37,672 nt of DNA from a virus (taxonomy: Duplodnaviria; Caudoviricetes): positions 1 through 37,672 of the IMG/VR virus record IMGVR_UViG_3300033076_000668; one strand, written 5' to 3'. A model generated the notes under the pieces. It did not search any database, was not told the DNA's origin, and saw nothing but the letters and a program-made list of their open reading frames with translations. Shown one piece after another: positions 15,721 to 25,400 of this stretch (the stretch's first letter is position 1; every line of letters begins with the position of its first letter). A program made the translations under genes and the position numbers.

Positions 15721-16352
15721 CGCCGTGCCGCTTCATCGCGCTCCTGTTTCTTTCTGACCTGTCGTGCAAATTCTTGCTCCTCGAGGATCTGGTCATACAT
15801 CTTGAGGAACCGGCTGTAGATGTTGCGCAGTTCCATCGGTGCATAGACCATCGCCTCCCTGATCTGCACCGTCATGTTCTCGAGCTGGAGCTCGATCTCA
15901 ACACGGTCGATCGCGCTGTCTTCCACCGTCTCTGTTGTCTTGCTGATCTCCTCCAGTTCATGACAATGCTCGGTCAGCTTGCGCCGAATTTCGAAGAAGG
16001 TTTTGAGCTGCTCACAGACCTGGTGGATGGCTTGGGTCTGATACTCCTCGTATGAGAGCTCGGGCTGTGGCTGCTTGCGATCTGCCTTTTTCGCCACAGG
16101 CTTGACCTGGGCGACGGGCTCGACAGGCTTGGCCGCAGGAGCTGGCTTTGCAGCAGCACCACCAAAGAGAGAAGTGATCCATCCCCACAGGCCGGTGACC
16201 TCGCTGTAGATAGCCTTCGCATCGCCGATGCCCTGCTCCACAGTCTTCTTGAGCTTGCTGATCTCAGCCTTCCCATCGGAGAGCATTTCGCATCCCTTGC
16301 GGATTGCGGCCACAGTTGCCTGCGCAGCCATGAGGAGACTGATGGGGTCCAC
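15585..16352 (-). CDS. Coiled-coil protein with C-terminal TM helix
   Basis: 255 aa beginning MDPISLL, helical, with TM LAVEVVATLLLATLLGAIMW. Confidence 0.75.
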   Translation of the reverse strand: MDPISLLMAAQATVAAIRKGCEMLSDGKAEISKLKKTVEQGIGDAKAIYSEVTGLWGWITSLFGGAAAKPAPAAKPVEPVAQVKPVAKKADRKQPQPELSYEEYQTQAIHQVCEQLKTFFEIRRKLTEHCHELEEISKTTETVEDSAIDRVEIELQLENMTVQIREAMVYAPMELRNIYSRFLKMYDQILEEQEFARQVRKKQERDEAARRWQQRDRQIELAVEVVATLLLATLLGAIMWDLKMQAIARSNFWLE

Positions 16353-16353
16353 A

Positions 16354-16590
16354 TCAAGTCTTGTCCTGCTTGTTGTCGAGCTTGTCGAAGATCTGGCGCA
16401 GGATGTCCTTCACCTCTTTGATGTCGTTGCGATAGTCATCCTTCTGGACGTAGTCGTGTGGAAGGTTGCGCTCGAGCTCGGCCAACTTGTCCTCTAATCG
16501 CTGCAACCGTTGCATGACTTGGTAAAACACAAAGATCAGCAGGAAGCCCGCGACGGACACCACCAGGTTGAAGAGTTGCTGGTTGTCCAT
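16354..16590 (-). CDS. Small TM plus coiled-coil protein (holin/antiholin-like)
   Basis: N-terminal TM, then LPHDYVQKDDYRNDIKEVKDILRQIFDKLDNK. Confidence 0.75.
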   Translation of the reverse strand: MDNQQLFNLVVSVAGFLLIFVFYQVMQRLQRLEDKLAELERNLPHDYVQKDDYRNDIKEVKDILRQIFDKLDNKQDKT

Positions 16591-16595
16591 AGTCG

Positions 16596-17120
16596 TCAGG
16601 TGCGAATGATGTGGTTCAAAATGATCGTGGGCTGCGTGTTGTTGTGCGCGCCATCGCCGCCCGCGTTGGCCGAGGTGTTCGACGCTGTGGGGTAGCCATA
16701 GCCCGCACCGCCCACGGCCGAGTTGCCACCGGCGCCAGCCGCGTTGCTCAAGGGGTGAGTGTGCGACGGGATCTGCGCCGTGGTCAGCGTGTGGGTCTGA
16801 GCACCACCAGATGCACCAAGGGTCGCACCGTCGACGCCAGAGCCTCCGGTAGTCAACCGGCTGGCTGCCGTGCCGCCCATGTTGTCCTTGCCGGCAGGCA
16901 CGCGGCCGCGCAGGTCAGGCACGTTGAAAGTCGTCGAGCCGTCGCCCGTGCCGTAGGTCGTGCTGATCGCAGCAAACAGGTCGGCATAGGTCGTGCGGCT
17001 GACAGCTTGGCCATAGCACAAGAGCCAGCCAGACGGAGCGCTCGAGCCCGCGTAAGGCAACACCACGCCAGGAGGCGCGACGTTATCAAGCATGTTGTTG
17101 GGTATCTGTGTGAGTGCCAC
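16596..17120 (-). CDS. Tail collar domain protein
   Basis: PPGVVLPYAGSSAPSGWLLCYGQAVSRTTYADLFAAI...FNVPDLRGR...HNNTQP. Confidence 0.92.
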   Translation of the reverse strand: MALTQIPNNMLDNVAPPGVVLPYAGSSAPSGWLLCYGQAVSRTTYADLFAAISTTYGTGDGSTTFNVPDLRGRVPAGKDNMGGTAASRLTTGGSGVDGATLGASGGAQTHTLTTAQIPSHTHPLSNAAGAGGNSAVGGAGYGYPTASNTSANAGGDGAHNNTQPTIILNHIIRT

Positions 17121-17138
17121 TCATCGGCCCTGCCTTTC

Positions 17139-17441
17139 TTAGTTGTGCTCGTGGGCGTGAGCTTGCGCAGCAGCGGCTGCTTGGGCTGCTCGTTCGTCAG
17201 CTATGCGCTTTTGCTCGGCTTGGTAGGCAGCCACCACCTCGGTCGTCCACGCTGTGTTGCAATGAGCAACCACGGCTGCAGGCTGACCTGTAATGTCTTG
17301 GCCAGGTGTCAGCGATGTGCGGTGGTAGGTCTTGCTGATCTCGACATTGTTTTCCATGATGCGTGTTGCTTCACGGTATAGGACGGTGCCGTTCTCGGTG
17401 ACCGTGATCTGATCGACTGTGGTGGTTTTTGTGAGTGACAT
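17139..17441 (-). CDS. Putative tail fibre assembly chaperone
   Basis: 100 aa directly after the fibre gene, with AAGGA RBS and YHR...PG...WT.EVVAAY pattern. Confidence 0.6.
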   Translation of the reverse strand: MSLTKTTTVDQITVTENGTVLYREATRIMENNVEISKTYHRTSLTPGQDITGQPAAVVAHCNTAWTTEVVAAYQAEQKRIADERAAQAAAAAQAHAHEHN

Positions 17442-17488
17442 GATGTTTTCCTTTGTGTCTGGTCAAACTAATCTGGTCTGACTATTGG

Positions 17489-19831
17489 TTAAGCGTTCGA
17501 CTGATATGTAAGCGTTCCTGTTATACGAGCGCCGTTTTGAAAAAGCGCTGCGCCAGCTAAAGTTGTGTTATTGCTTCCTGTGGTGTTGCCAAAATAAACA
17601 AGTGTTGAAGCGTTGTCGGTTCTTACAAATATGTTTGTAATACCGTTTGCCAAAGCATTGAAATAACCAACCGATCCCGACATGCCTTGAGGAAGTGTTG
17701 GTGATGATCTTGAAGTAAAAGGCAAACCACTCAGTGATGTTGTAGCACCTGTTCCAATTGTGCTGATGATTACATCAAACCAGACAGTAACTAACTGTCC
17801 AACTTTTACATATGTTCCAGCCTGAGCGGTGTATGTGGCGTTACCGCCAACACTTGGTGTCCAAGTCCCTTCCTCATAATCATCCAATGTGTTTGCGTCA
17901 GATGATGCTGATTGAGTTGCGGGGAAAGAGATGCCTGTGCCAGCGACAGAAGATGCGCCTTGTAGGGCAAAAGTGTTGTCTTTGCTAACTTGTGCAACGT
18001 TTGTCCAGCTAATCGCAGCGCCTGCCGTTCCCGATGGGGCAGATCGCATGACATGAGCGCCACCTGCGGCATAGTATTGAGCAGGTGCGTAACTGCTGCT
18101 GATGTATTTCCACGAAGCGCCGGAGTTATCGGTGTATGCGTTGTCGGATATTAGGTAAGCACCTGAGCTGCCGCCAAGAAAAGATGCAAGGCCAGCTTGA
18201 TAAACTTTGTAACCACTCCAAGCGCTCAATGTTGTGCCATTGGATGCTAAGTTGCCGTTGGTATCCCAAGTCGGCGCACCGGTAGACATCTTTGCAGGCG
18301 TGACAGCGCCAGCTTGCAATTTGGCTGTGCTCACAGTGTCATCGCTTGGCACGCCGATCGCCAGCGGTGTGCCGTATTCGACCTCGATGTTGCTTGTTCC
18401 AGATGGAGGCGCAGAGCTGAACGTCAGCGTCGTGCCACTGATCGAGTAGGTCGATTTGAACTGATACACACCACCAATGTGGATGCGCGTGTTGTTCTTC
18501 GTGCCAGGGTCGACAGACAGCGTGAAGGTCGTGCCGCCGTTGCCGTTGAACACATCGACGTTGTTGCTGGTGGCGCCAAGGCCCGACTGTGAGGCAAACC
18601 ACTGGTTTGTCTCGAAGTCAGCGACCAGGACGATCTGGCTGTATTGGTTGGCGATCTGCACGCTGGTCGCGCCGTTGATGGTGTCGCTGCCGGCGCGCTG
18701 CACGGTTGTCACGTTTGCGTCGTTGGACCACTTCACCACAGCCACGCGGAAACCGTCTGTCACCGAGCTGATCGATGGCAGCGTGAAGGTGATCGCGCCG
18801 CTGCCGGTGTTGGAGCGGAACAGCGTGCCGGTGTCGCTCGAGGTGATGGTGTAATTGGCGCTCTTGTCGAGGACCTGGCGATAGAGGCCAGAGGCAGCGG
18901 CAGCAGAGGCCGCGGCCGCCGAGGATGCAGCAGCCGTGGCAGAGCTCGCCGCAGCGGTCGCCGAGGTGCTGGCAGCCGATGCGCTCGACGCTGCGTTTGT
19001 TGCGCTTGTAGAGGCATTGCTGGCCTGTGTGGTGGCCGTGCTGGCGCTGGTTGAAGCAGCCGATGCACTACCGGCAGCAGCCGTTGCGGAATTCGCAGCA
19101 GCGGTGGCCGACGCAGCAGCAGCGGTGGCGCTTGCAGCGGCCGCGCTGGCCGATGAGGTTGCAGAGGCCGCGTCGACGATCAGGCGCCACTTGGCCGCGT
19201 CGGTGTTGGTACTGATCGGTTGCGCGCCGCTCGAGGTGTGAGCGGTCAGACAGATGTAGACGTTGCCGTTGCTGGTGTCCTTGATCAGGTCGCGCACCGC
19301 GTAGGTTGTGCCGCTGGCCCAGTTGCCCTTGGACTGGCCGAGCTCCTGGGTGACAGCGAGCTCACCACTCAAATCGAACGACAGGACCTTTCCGGCACGG
19401 CTGGCGGCGTCCACCGTGAACTCGGTCGAGGTCATGGTGTTGGTCAGCGACAGCTTGATGGCGCGAGTGATCTGTTCCTGGAGCTGCTGCACTTCCATCG
19501 TGAGCTGGTCGAGCGCCTGCTCGTGGGTGTTGGCAGGGAATGGATCGTTGGGCTGGTAGTCGATGAGCTGGGTCTGAGGCACGTTGCGAGCGATCACCAG
19601 GGTCTGGCCTGATGCTGGCGCTGTGCTCATGGTGACAGTGCCACCCGAGGGCACGCCGGCGCCGGTGACGGTGTAGTCTGTGCCCAGCGTCTTGACCGTC
19701 TCTGTGCCATCGGCAGCACGCAGCACGACTTTGAGGTGGCTGGTCTGCAAGAAGTAGAAGTTGACCGCGAAGGCGGTGGTCGATCCGTTGCCAGCAAAGC
19801 TGACCTTGGACGTGGTTGTTGAGACGGTCAT
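17489..19831 (-). CDS. Tail fibre protein
   Basis: T7 gp17-like N-terminal anchor (GNGSTTAF...HEQALDQLTMEVQQL), Ser/Ala/Thr-rich stalk, and C-terminal DDYEEGTWTP domain. Confidence 0.9.
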   Translation of the reverse strand: MTVSTTTSKVSFAGNGSTTAFAVNFYFLQTSHLKVVLRAADGTETVKTLGTDYTVTGAGVPSGGTVTMSTAPASGQTLVIARNVPQTQLIDYQPNDPFPANTHEQALDQLTMEVQQLQEQITRAIKLSLTNTMTSTEFTVDAASRAGKVLSFDLSGELAVTQELGQSKGNWASGTTYAVRDLIKDTSNGNVYICLTAHTSSGAQPISTNTDAAKWRLIVDAASATSSASAAAASATAAAASATAAANSATAAAGSASAASTSASTATTQASNASTSATNAASSASAASTSATAAASSATAAASSAAAASAAAASGLYRQVLDKSANYTITSSDTGTLFRSNTGSGAITFTLPSISSVTDGFRVAVVKWSNDANVTTVQRAGSDTINGATSVQIANQYSQIVLVADFETNQWFASQSGLGATSNNVDVFNGNGGTTFTLSVDPGTKNNTRIHIGGVYQFKSTYSISGTTLTFSSAPPSGTSNIEVEYGTPLAIGVPSDDTVSTAKLQAGAVTPAKMSTGAPTWDTNGNLASNGTTLSAWSGYKVYQAGLASFLGGSSGAYLISDNAYTDNSGASWKYISSSYAPAQYYAAGGAHVMRSAPSGTAGAAISWTNVAQVSKDNTFALQGASSVAGTGISFPATQSASSDANTLDDYEEGTWTPSVGGNATYTAQAGTYVKVGQLVTVWFDVIISTIGTGATTSLSGLPFTSRSSPTLPQGMSGSVGYFNALANGITNIFVRTDNASTLVYFGNTTGSNNTTLAGAALFQNGARITGTLTYQSNA

Positions 19832-19834
19832 CGC

Positions 19835-22495
19835 TTATTCTCCAAAGGCTTTCGCCAAGTCTGGGGCACGCATGCCCTCGGTTCCTGTGCCAGGCGTCCA
19901 CCAGTAACTCTGGCCAAATTCTTTCTGAGCACGGCGCTGCATTTGTGCGAGATAGCCGGGGCTGAAATACTCTTGCATTTGGTGGAAGATTATATGGTCC
20001 AAGGCCGCTTTCGCATACCAAAGATTGGCGCCTGGTGTGTTGCCTTTGACGAAGCGAACCACCTCCGCACCGAAGTGTGTGTCCTTGCCCTGCATGGCCT
20101 GCACGATGTTGCCCTGCGTGAGCTTGAAGGCCTCCTCGACCAGGCCGGCGACCGGACCCATCAGCGAGGCGATCGGGCCCGCCTGGTTGGCCTGCGTGGC
20201 GCCTGAGAACAGGAAGTCGCCGTAGAGGCCCAGGCTGCCACCCTTGAGGAAAGCAGCCATCCAGTTTTTCATGCCGTGCTCGCCCTGCACCGGGTTGTAG
20301 TTGCGCAGGTCCTTGCCAGCGAGCAGGTCGTTCACCGACTGAGCCACGGCGCCGAGCACCGTCGTGCCCACGATCAGGCTGCCCAGGTAGGCTGCCTTGC
20401 CACCGGCCGTTTGCATGTTGCTGCCGCGCATCCAATGGCGAGCGATCATGGCCAGGGGAAAGGCCTTGAACTGGAAGAACGACTTGGTCAGCTCGCCCTT
20501 CCATGTGCCGCGCTCCATGCCCGCGCCGGTCAGATACTTGTCGGCAGCGCCTGGTCGGATCACGGCCATGTCTGTTTCTTCGAGCGTGACGCCCAAGAGG
20601 CGCAGCACGGCATCGCGCTGGGCCTTGTCCTGGATGCCGGCGATCTGCTCGTCGTAGGTCTTGGACCAGTCGGCGATCGAGGCAGCCTTTTGCTCGGGCG
20701 TCATGGCCGACATCTTGTTGATGGCGTCGATCTTGGCCTGCTTCTCGGCCTCGAGGCGCGCACGCTCGCCGGCGATGATGGGCTCGAGCTTGGCCGGCTC
20801 GATGCGCATGATGCTCTCAGGCGTCAGGATGCCATTGCCGGCGCCCCACTTCTCAAGCTCGGCCTGTTTCCAGATCTGCCAGTCGATGTCCTTGATGCCC
20901 TTGGACAGCAGGATCTTGTTGTCGGTGTCTGAGAGCTCGGCCAGGCTGTTGTATTTGCCGACCATCTCACCCAGCGCGCTCATGTAGGTGACGCCAAAGG
21001 CGCGGCGACGGGCGCCGTCCAAGGCCTCGAGGCCAGAGGCGCGCATCACCGTGTTGGCCATCTTGCTCGAGAACGTCGGGCCGAGGTTGTCCTGGCCCCA
21101 GCGGTTGAGGTGGTTGAGCATCGTGTCGATGCCGATGCCTGCGCGGTGAGCGAGGTTTTCCTCCTCGCGGTTGGCGATGTTCAGCGCAGCGAGCTCGTTT
21201 CGGATGAGCTGCATCTCGGGCAGGTTGTTGACCTTGGCGGTGAGGTGCAGCGTGGCCTCGTCGGTCAGCGCGGTGATCACGGCCGAGCCCAGGCGCGAGC
21301 TCACCAGCCAGTTGCGCAGCGTGTCGAAGGCCTGCGCCAAGTGCTCATTGACGATCGGCTGCGTCTTGCCGGTGGTGTAGTCGTAGAGGCCAGCCAGGCG
21401 ACGGGCTTGCTGCTGCATCTTGGCGGTGTCGCCAGGCGATGTGAGCGATGCCTCTTGGAGCTGCTTCTCGAGGAACAGGTTGAAGGTGGCGTCGGGGTTG
21501 GGCCCGAACGTCTCGAGCATCGAGATCTCTTTCGACAGCCCTTCGACGTGGCCTGTCATCACGCCCCACAGCGACTTCTCGCCATACTTGGCCTGGTAGT
21601 CGAGGTAGGCGTCGGCGTCCTTGAAGTGCAGCTCGCGGTGGTAGGCGCGGCGATTGGCCAGCATGCCACCACCAGGCGCGCCAGGGGTCATTTGGTTGAT
21701 GCCACCGGTGGCGATCGTCAGCCAGGCATTGCGCAGGACCTCCTGCACGCCCTCGTCGTTCATGCGCGTGCCGTCGTCGTTGATGAACTTCGAGCGGTCG
21801 AGCTTGTCGAAAACGTCATTGATCCATTGCTCGGCGCCGGCCTTGTTGACCTTCATCTGGCTGTGGTGCTGTGGCAGCGCCCAATTCTCGAGCAGGCCGA
21901 TTTTGCCGCCTGCCTGGTTGAACTGCTCACGCATCTGGCTGGCCACATCGATCCAGGCCTGCGCGCCCTTGATGATGTGCTGGTCGATGCCTTCGGTCTG
22001 GCCGAAGATCGCCTTGGTCAGCGTGCGCACGCCCTCCTCGCTCTCAAACAGGCCCCAGAAGCGGGGATCGACAGCCTCGAAGGTGTCGACGAGCTGGCGC
22101 AGGTAGTTGGCCTTGAGCGCGTTGGAGCGGCTTTCAGCCGACAGGGTGTTGCTCTTGCCATCAGCGACGAAGACCAGCGTGCGCTTGAGCGCGTCCAGAC
22201 CCTCAAGGCCGGCAGCCTTGGCGTCGTTGATGAAGCTCTCGATGCGGTCGTGAGCCTGGATCGTCAGGGTGATGCGGCGCTTCTTGAGCTCTGCCTCCTG
22301 CACGAGCTCCTGGGCAGCGAGCTGGGCTGCAGCCTTCAAGCGATCGTCGGGGCTCATCGAGCGGAAAGCAGCAGGATCGGCCGCGGCCGCGAAACGCATG
22401 TTCTTGACGATGCGGTCCTCGATGCCTTGGGCTTCCTGCTGGGTGATGTCTCGGCCGATGGCCTGCGATACGGCGCTGATGCAGCGGTCTTTCAT
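19835..22495 (-). CDS. Large internal virion (ejection) protein
   Basis: 886 aa, helical, last gene of the core block before the fibre. C-terminal hydrophobic segment with GGSLGLYGDFL. Confidence 0.75.
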   Translation of the reverse strand: MKDRCISAVSQAIGRDITQQEAQGIEDRIVKNMRFAAAADPAAFRSMSPDDRLKAAAQLAAQELVQEAELKKRRITLTIQAHDRIESFINDAKAAGLEGLDALKRTLVFVADGKSNTLSAESRSNALKANYLRQLVDTFEAVDPRFWGLFESEEGVRTLTKAIFGQTEGIDQHIIKGAQAWIDVASQMREQFNQAGGKIGLLENWALPQHHSQMKVNKAGAEQWINDVFDKLDRSKFINDDGTRMNDEGVQEVLRNAWLTIATGGINQMTPGAPGGGMLANRRAYHRELHFKDADAYLDYQAKYGEKSLWGVMTGHVEGLSKEISMLETFGPNPDATFNLFLEKQLQEASLTSPGDTAKMQQQARRLAGLYDYTTGKTQPIVNEHLAQAFDTLRNWLVSSRLGSAVITALTDEATLHLTAKVNNLPEMQLIRNELAALNIANREEENLAHRAGIGIDTMLNHLNRWGQDNLGPTFSSKMANTVMRASGLEALDGARRRAFGVTYMSALGEMVGKYNSLAELSDTDNKILLSKGIKDIDWQIWKQAELEKWGAGNGILTPESIMRIEPAKLEPIIAGERARLEAEKQAKIDAINKMSAMTPEQKAASIADWSKTYDEQIAGIQDKAQRDAVLRLLGVTLEETDMAVIRPGAADKYLTGAGMERGTWKGELTKSFFQFKAFPLAMIARHWMRGSNMQTAGGKAAYLGSLIVGTTVLGAVAQSVNDLLAGKDLRNYNPVQGEHGMKNWMAAFLKGGSLGLYGDFLFSGATQANQAGPIASLMGPVAGLVEEAFKLTQGNIVQAMQGKDTHFGAEVVRFVKGNTPGANLWYAKAALDHIIFHQMQEYFSPGYLAQMQRRAQKEFGQSYWWTPGTGTEGMRAPDLAKAFGE

Positions 22496-22496
22496 G

Positions 22497-25400
22497 TCAG
22501 CCTCTCAATGCGCAGGCGACTGCCGCGTCATAGCCTTGGGAATCACGCTTTGCTGATGCGATTTCCACATCAGCATCGGTAAGCGCACGCGCCGCTGGGA
22601 CCATGGTTCCATCGGCCTGGATGTAGGTCAGCGAGGGGTTGTTTTTGACGAGCTCGTCGGGTCCGTAGGGGTCTGGTCCTCGTCCGGACTGTAGGGATAC
22701 TGCTTCACCTTCGCCATGTTGCTGAACAGCTCCCTCTCCAGGGCTTGCGCTGGTGTCAGCGTAACGCTGGGCGAGGGCGTCGAGGGCTTGTTTGTTGACT
22801 TGGGTTTTTTCAAACCAGGGCGCATTACCGGCCTCCGTGACTTTGAATCCTGATGGGACGACTTTGTTCTTGGCCAATTTTACCGCGTCCAGGAAGTCGC
22901 GGAAAGCGGGCACTGTGAAACGATACTCCCCACCTGTCGGAGTGTTGTATAGGAAATACGGTCCAGAGGCATCACGGCCGTAGCGAGCGCCATAGGCATA
23001 GGCGCCATATTCGCCCTCTTTGGCGGTCACTTCGGCGATCATGTGGCTGTCGCCCTTGGCGTCGTGCAGGATCGCGTCAAGCGTGCCGTGGCTGGCCTCT
23101 TGCTGGCTGTCAGCGACCCAGGTTTCCCAATGGTAGCGGCCGATGCTGGCGTCCTGTGGGCGACCTAGCGCGGTGTAGATGTTCTCGATGCGCTTGGACA
23201 AGGCGCGCTCGATCGCCTCGTAGATCAGCAGGCCGCGCACGCCATCGCCCAAGGGCGCCAGGGCTGTGCCGGTGATCGTGACGGACTTCTCGACCTCCTT
23301 GCCGGTCTTGCGGTCCACGACCATGCGCTTCTCGCTCTGACCATCGTAGAGGTTGCGATCGGCAAAGCGGCCATCGTCCCAGAGCTGACGGATCTGCACG
23401 CGGTCGAGCACCATCACGTCGTCGAAGCCAGCCACCAGCAGGGTGAACGACGTCACCTTGTTGTCGATGCCGATGCCCTCGGTGTTCTGGTGGAACCAGC
23501 GACGGAACTGCTGGCCGGTCATGTTGGGATCTTCCAGCATGTCGTGCATGGTCTGCAGGATCGTGCGGCCGTCCTCGAGGCGCTTGCCGGTCTTGATCAG
23601 GAAGTCGCGGCCAAACCCGTTGAGGTTGTGCGTGGCGCCAGCACCAGGCTGGCCAGATCCCTGCGGGGCGACCGATCGGGCCCAGGCCTCAAAGGCAGGC
23701 ATGTCCTTGTCGGTGAACTCGCCGGCAGCCGCCTTTTGCACCCAGGCATCGATGCCAGGGAAGGCGTCGATGAACAGGCCTTCTTGGGTGTAGGGGCTCA
23801 CGCCCTTGGACAGGAACGACCACAGGAAGAGCTTGCCGGTGGTGGCCACATTGATGAGCTTGTTCGTGTAGGCCTGACGGAACTTGGCCGCGTTGGCAAA
23901 ACCGTGGTCAGCGTCGGCGATCTGGCCTGCACTCAGGCGCGCCAGGTTGTTGTAGGCGCCATCGCTGTTGATGTCCTTGAGGAAACGATAAGGCGGGATC
24001 ACCACCTCGTGGTTGGCGAAGGCGTAGGCCATCATCTTGGACCACTCGAGCGGCGATTTATCCGCATCGGGGAACTTGGCCAGGATGTCGTCGAGCGCAG
24101 CGATCTGCCGGCCGGCGTTCTTGGTGTTGGTGCCCACCAGGATGAGTGGTTTCTCGGGCAGCTTCATCCTGCCGATCGGCACGCTCACGCGCAGGCCAGG
24201 CCCAAACCCGTTGACGTTCTCCTTGGCCACACCCTTGCCTGGCGCTTCGACGTTGCGATAGGGCGCGTCGTTCACCAGCATCTCGCTGGTGGTGTAGTCG
24301 CCGTTGGATTTCAGGACGGCATCGAGGCCTCGGATCACGGCCGCGTTGCTCTGCAGGCCGAAGGCGTCCTTGGCCTTTTCGACGAGCTCCTTGATCCATT
24401 GCACGGCCTTCTTGACCCAGCCCTCCTGGGCGCGCTCGCGCACGAGCTTGGAGGCGTTGACGGCCCAGAACTCGGACGCATTGACCAGCGCATAGAAGTC
24501 GGCGCCGACATGGCCATCCTTGACCATGTTGACCACGCGCTCGTGGGCGCCAGCGACACCCATGGCAGCTTTGAGCACGTCATTGATGGCCAGCGCCAGG
24601 TTGGTGTTGCCGGTGCGCTCTGCCACGTCCTGCAGGGTCTTGACCTGCTCGAGCCAGGCGTTCTGGATGCCAGCGCGAACGTCGGCCGGCATCATGCGCT
24701 CGGTGTGGTGCAGGAACTCGTGCACGGTGGTCAGCGGGTCGCTGCCACCCTTGAAGATCTGAGCCAGGCGCTCGAGCGGTTTGTAGACGCCACCGACCTG
24801 GTCGCCCTTGTCGCCCTTGAGCGAGATGGCCAGGTCGTCAGCGATGTGTGGGTTTTTCTCGATCAGCCACTTGGCGAGGCCGACCTCTTGCTTGCTCAAC
24901 TCGCCATTGCGCTCGGCGCGGGTGAGGCGCTCGTTGATCCACAAGGCGCCGCGCACACGGTCACCAGATGCGGCCGCAGCACGGCGGGCGTCGTTGACGT
25001 TGTCCAGGCGACCAGAAAGGTCCTGCAGCGCAGAGATGATCTTGGCGTTGTCCCAGCCCTCGGCCGTGGCCTTGTCGATAATGCCCTTGACCTCAGAGGT
25101 CACGCGCACAGGTTCAGGCGCGAGAGGTTCACGCGGGCCGGTGATGTTGTAGAGCGAAGTGTCACCAGGCAGGCCACGGCTCTCGAGCTCCATCTTGAGC
25201 GATTGCCAGTCGGCGCCGAGGTGGTCCTCGACCGCTGCCACGATGCCGTTGCGGGCCTCGACCGCGGTGGGGTTCTCGACGAAGTTGCCATCGGTCACGT
25301 CAGTGCCGACGTTGACCTCGCGACCGGCCAGCAGGTCGTTGATCGCGGTGTGCACGGCCTCGACGTGAGCAGCGCGAGCAGCAGGATCAGCCGGCACGCC

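Noticed and set aside
18885-19175. Repeat element in the tail fibre gene
   Set aside because: It is low-complexity Ala/Ser/Thr coding sequence typical of fibre stalks.
16596-19831. Diversity-generating retroelement, as in BPP-1-like phages
   Set aside because: I found no reverse transcriptase ORF and no TR/VR repeat pair differing at adenines by eye.
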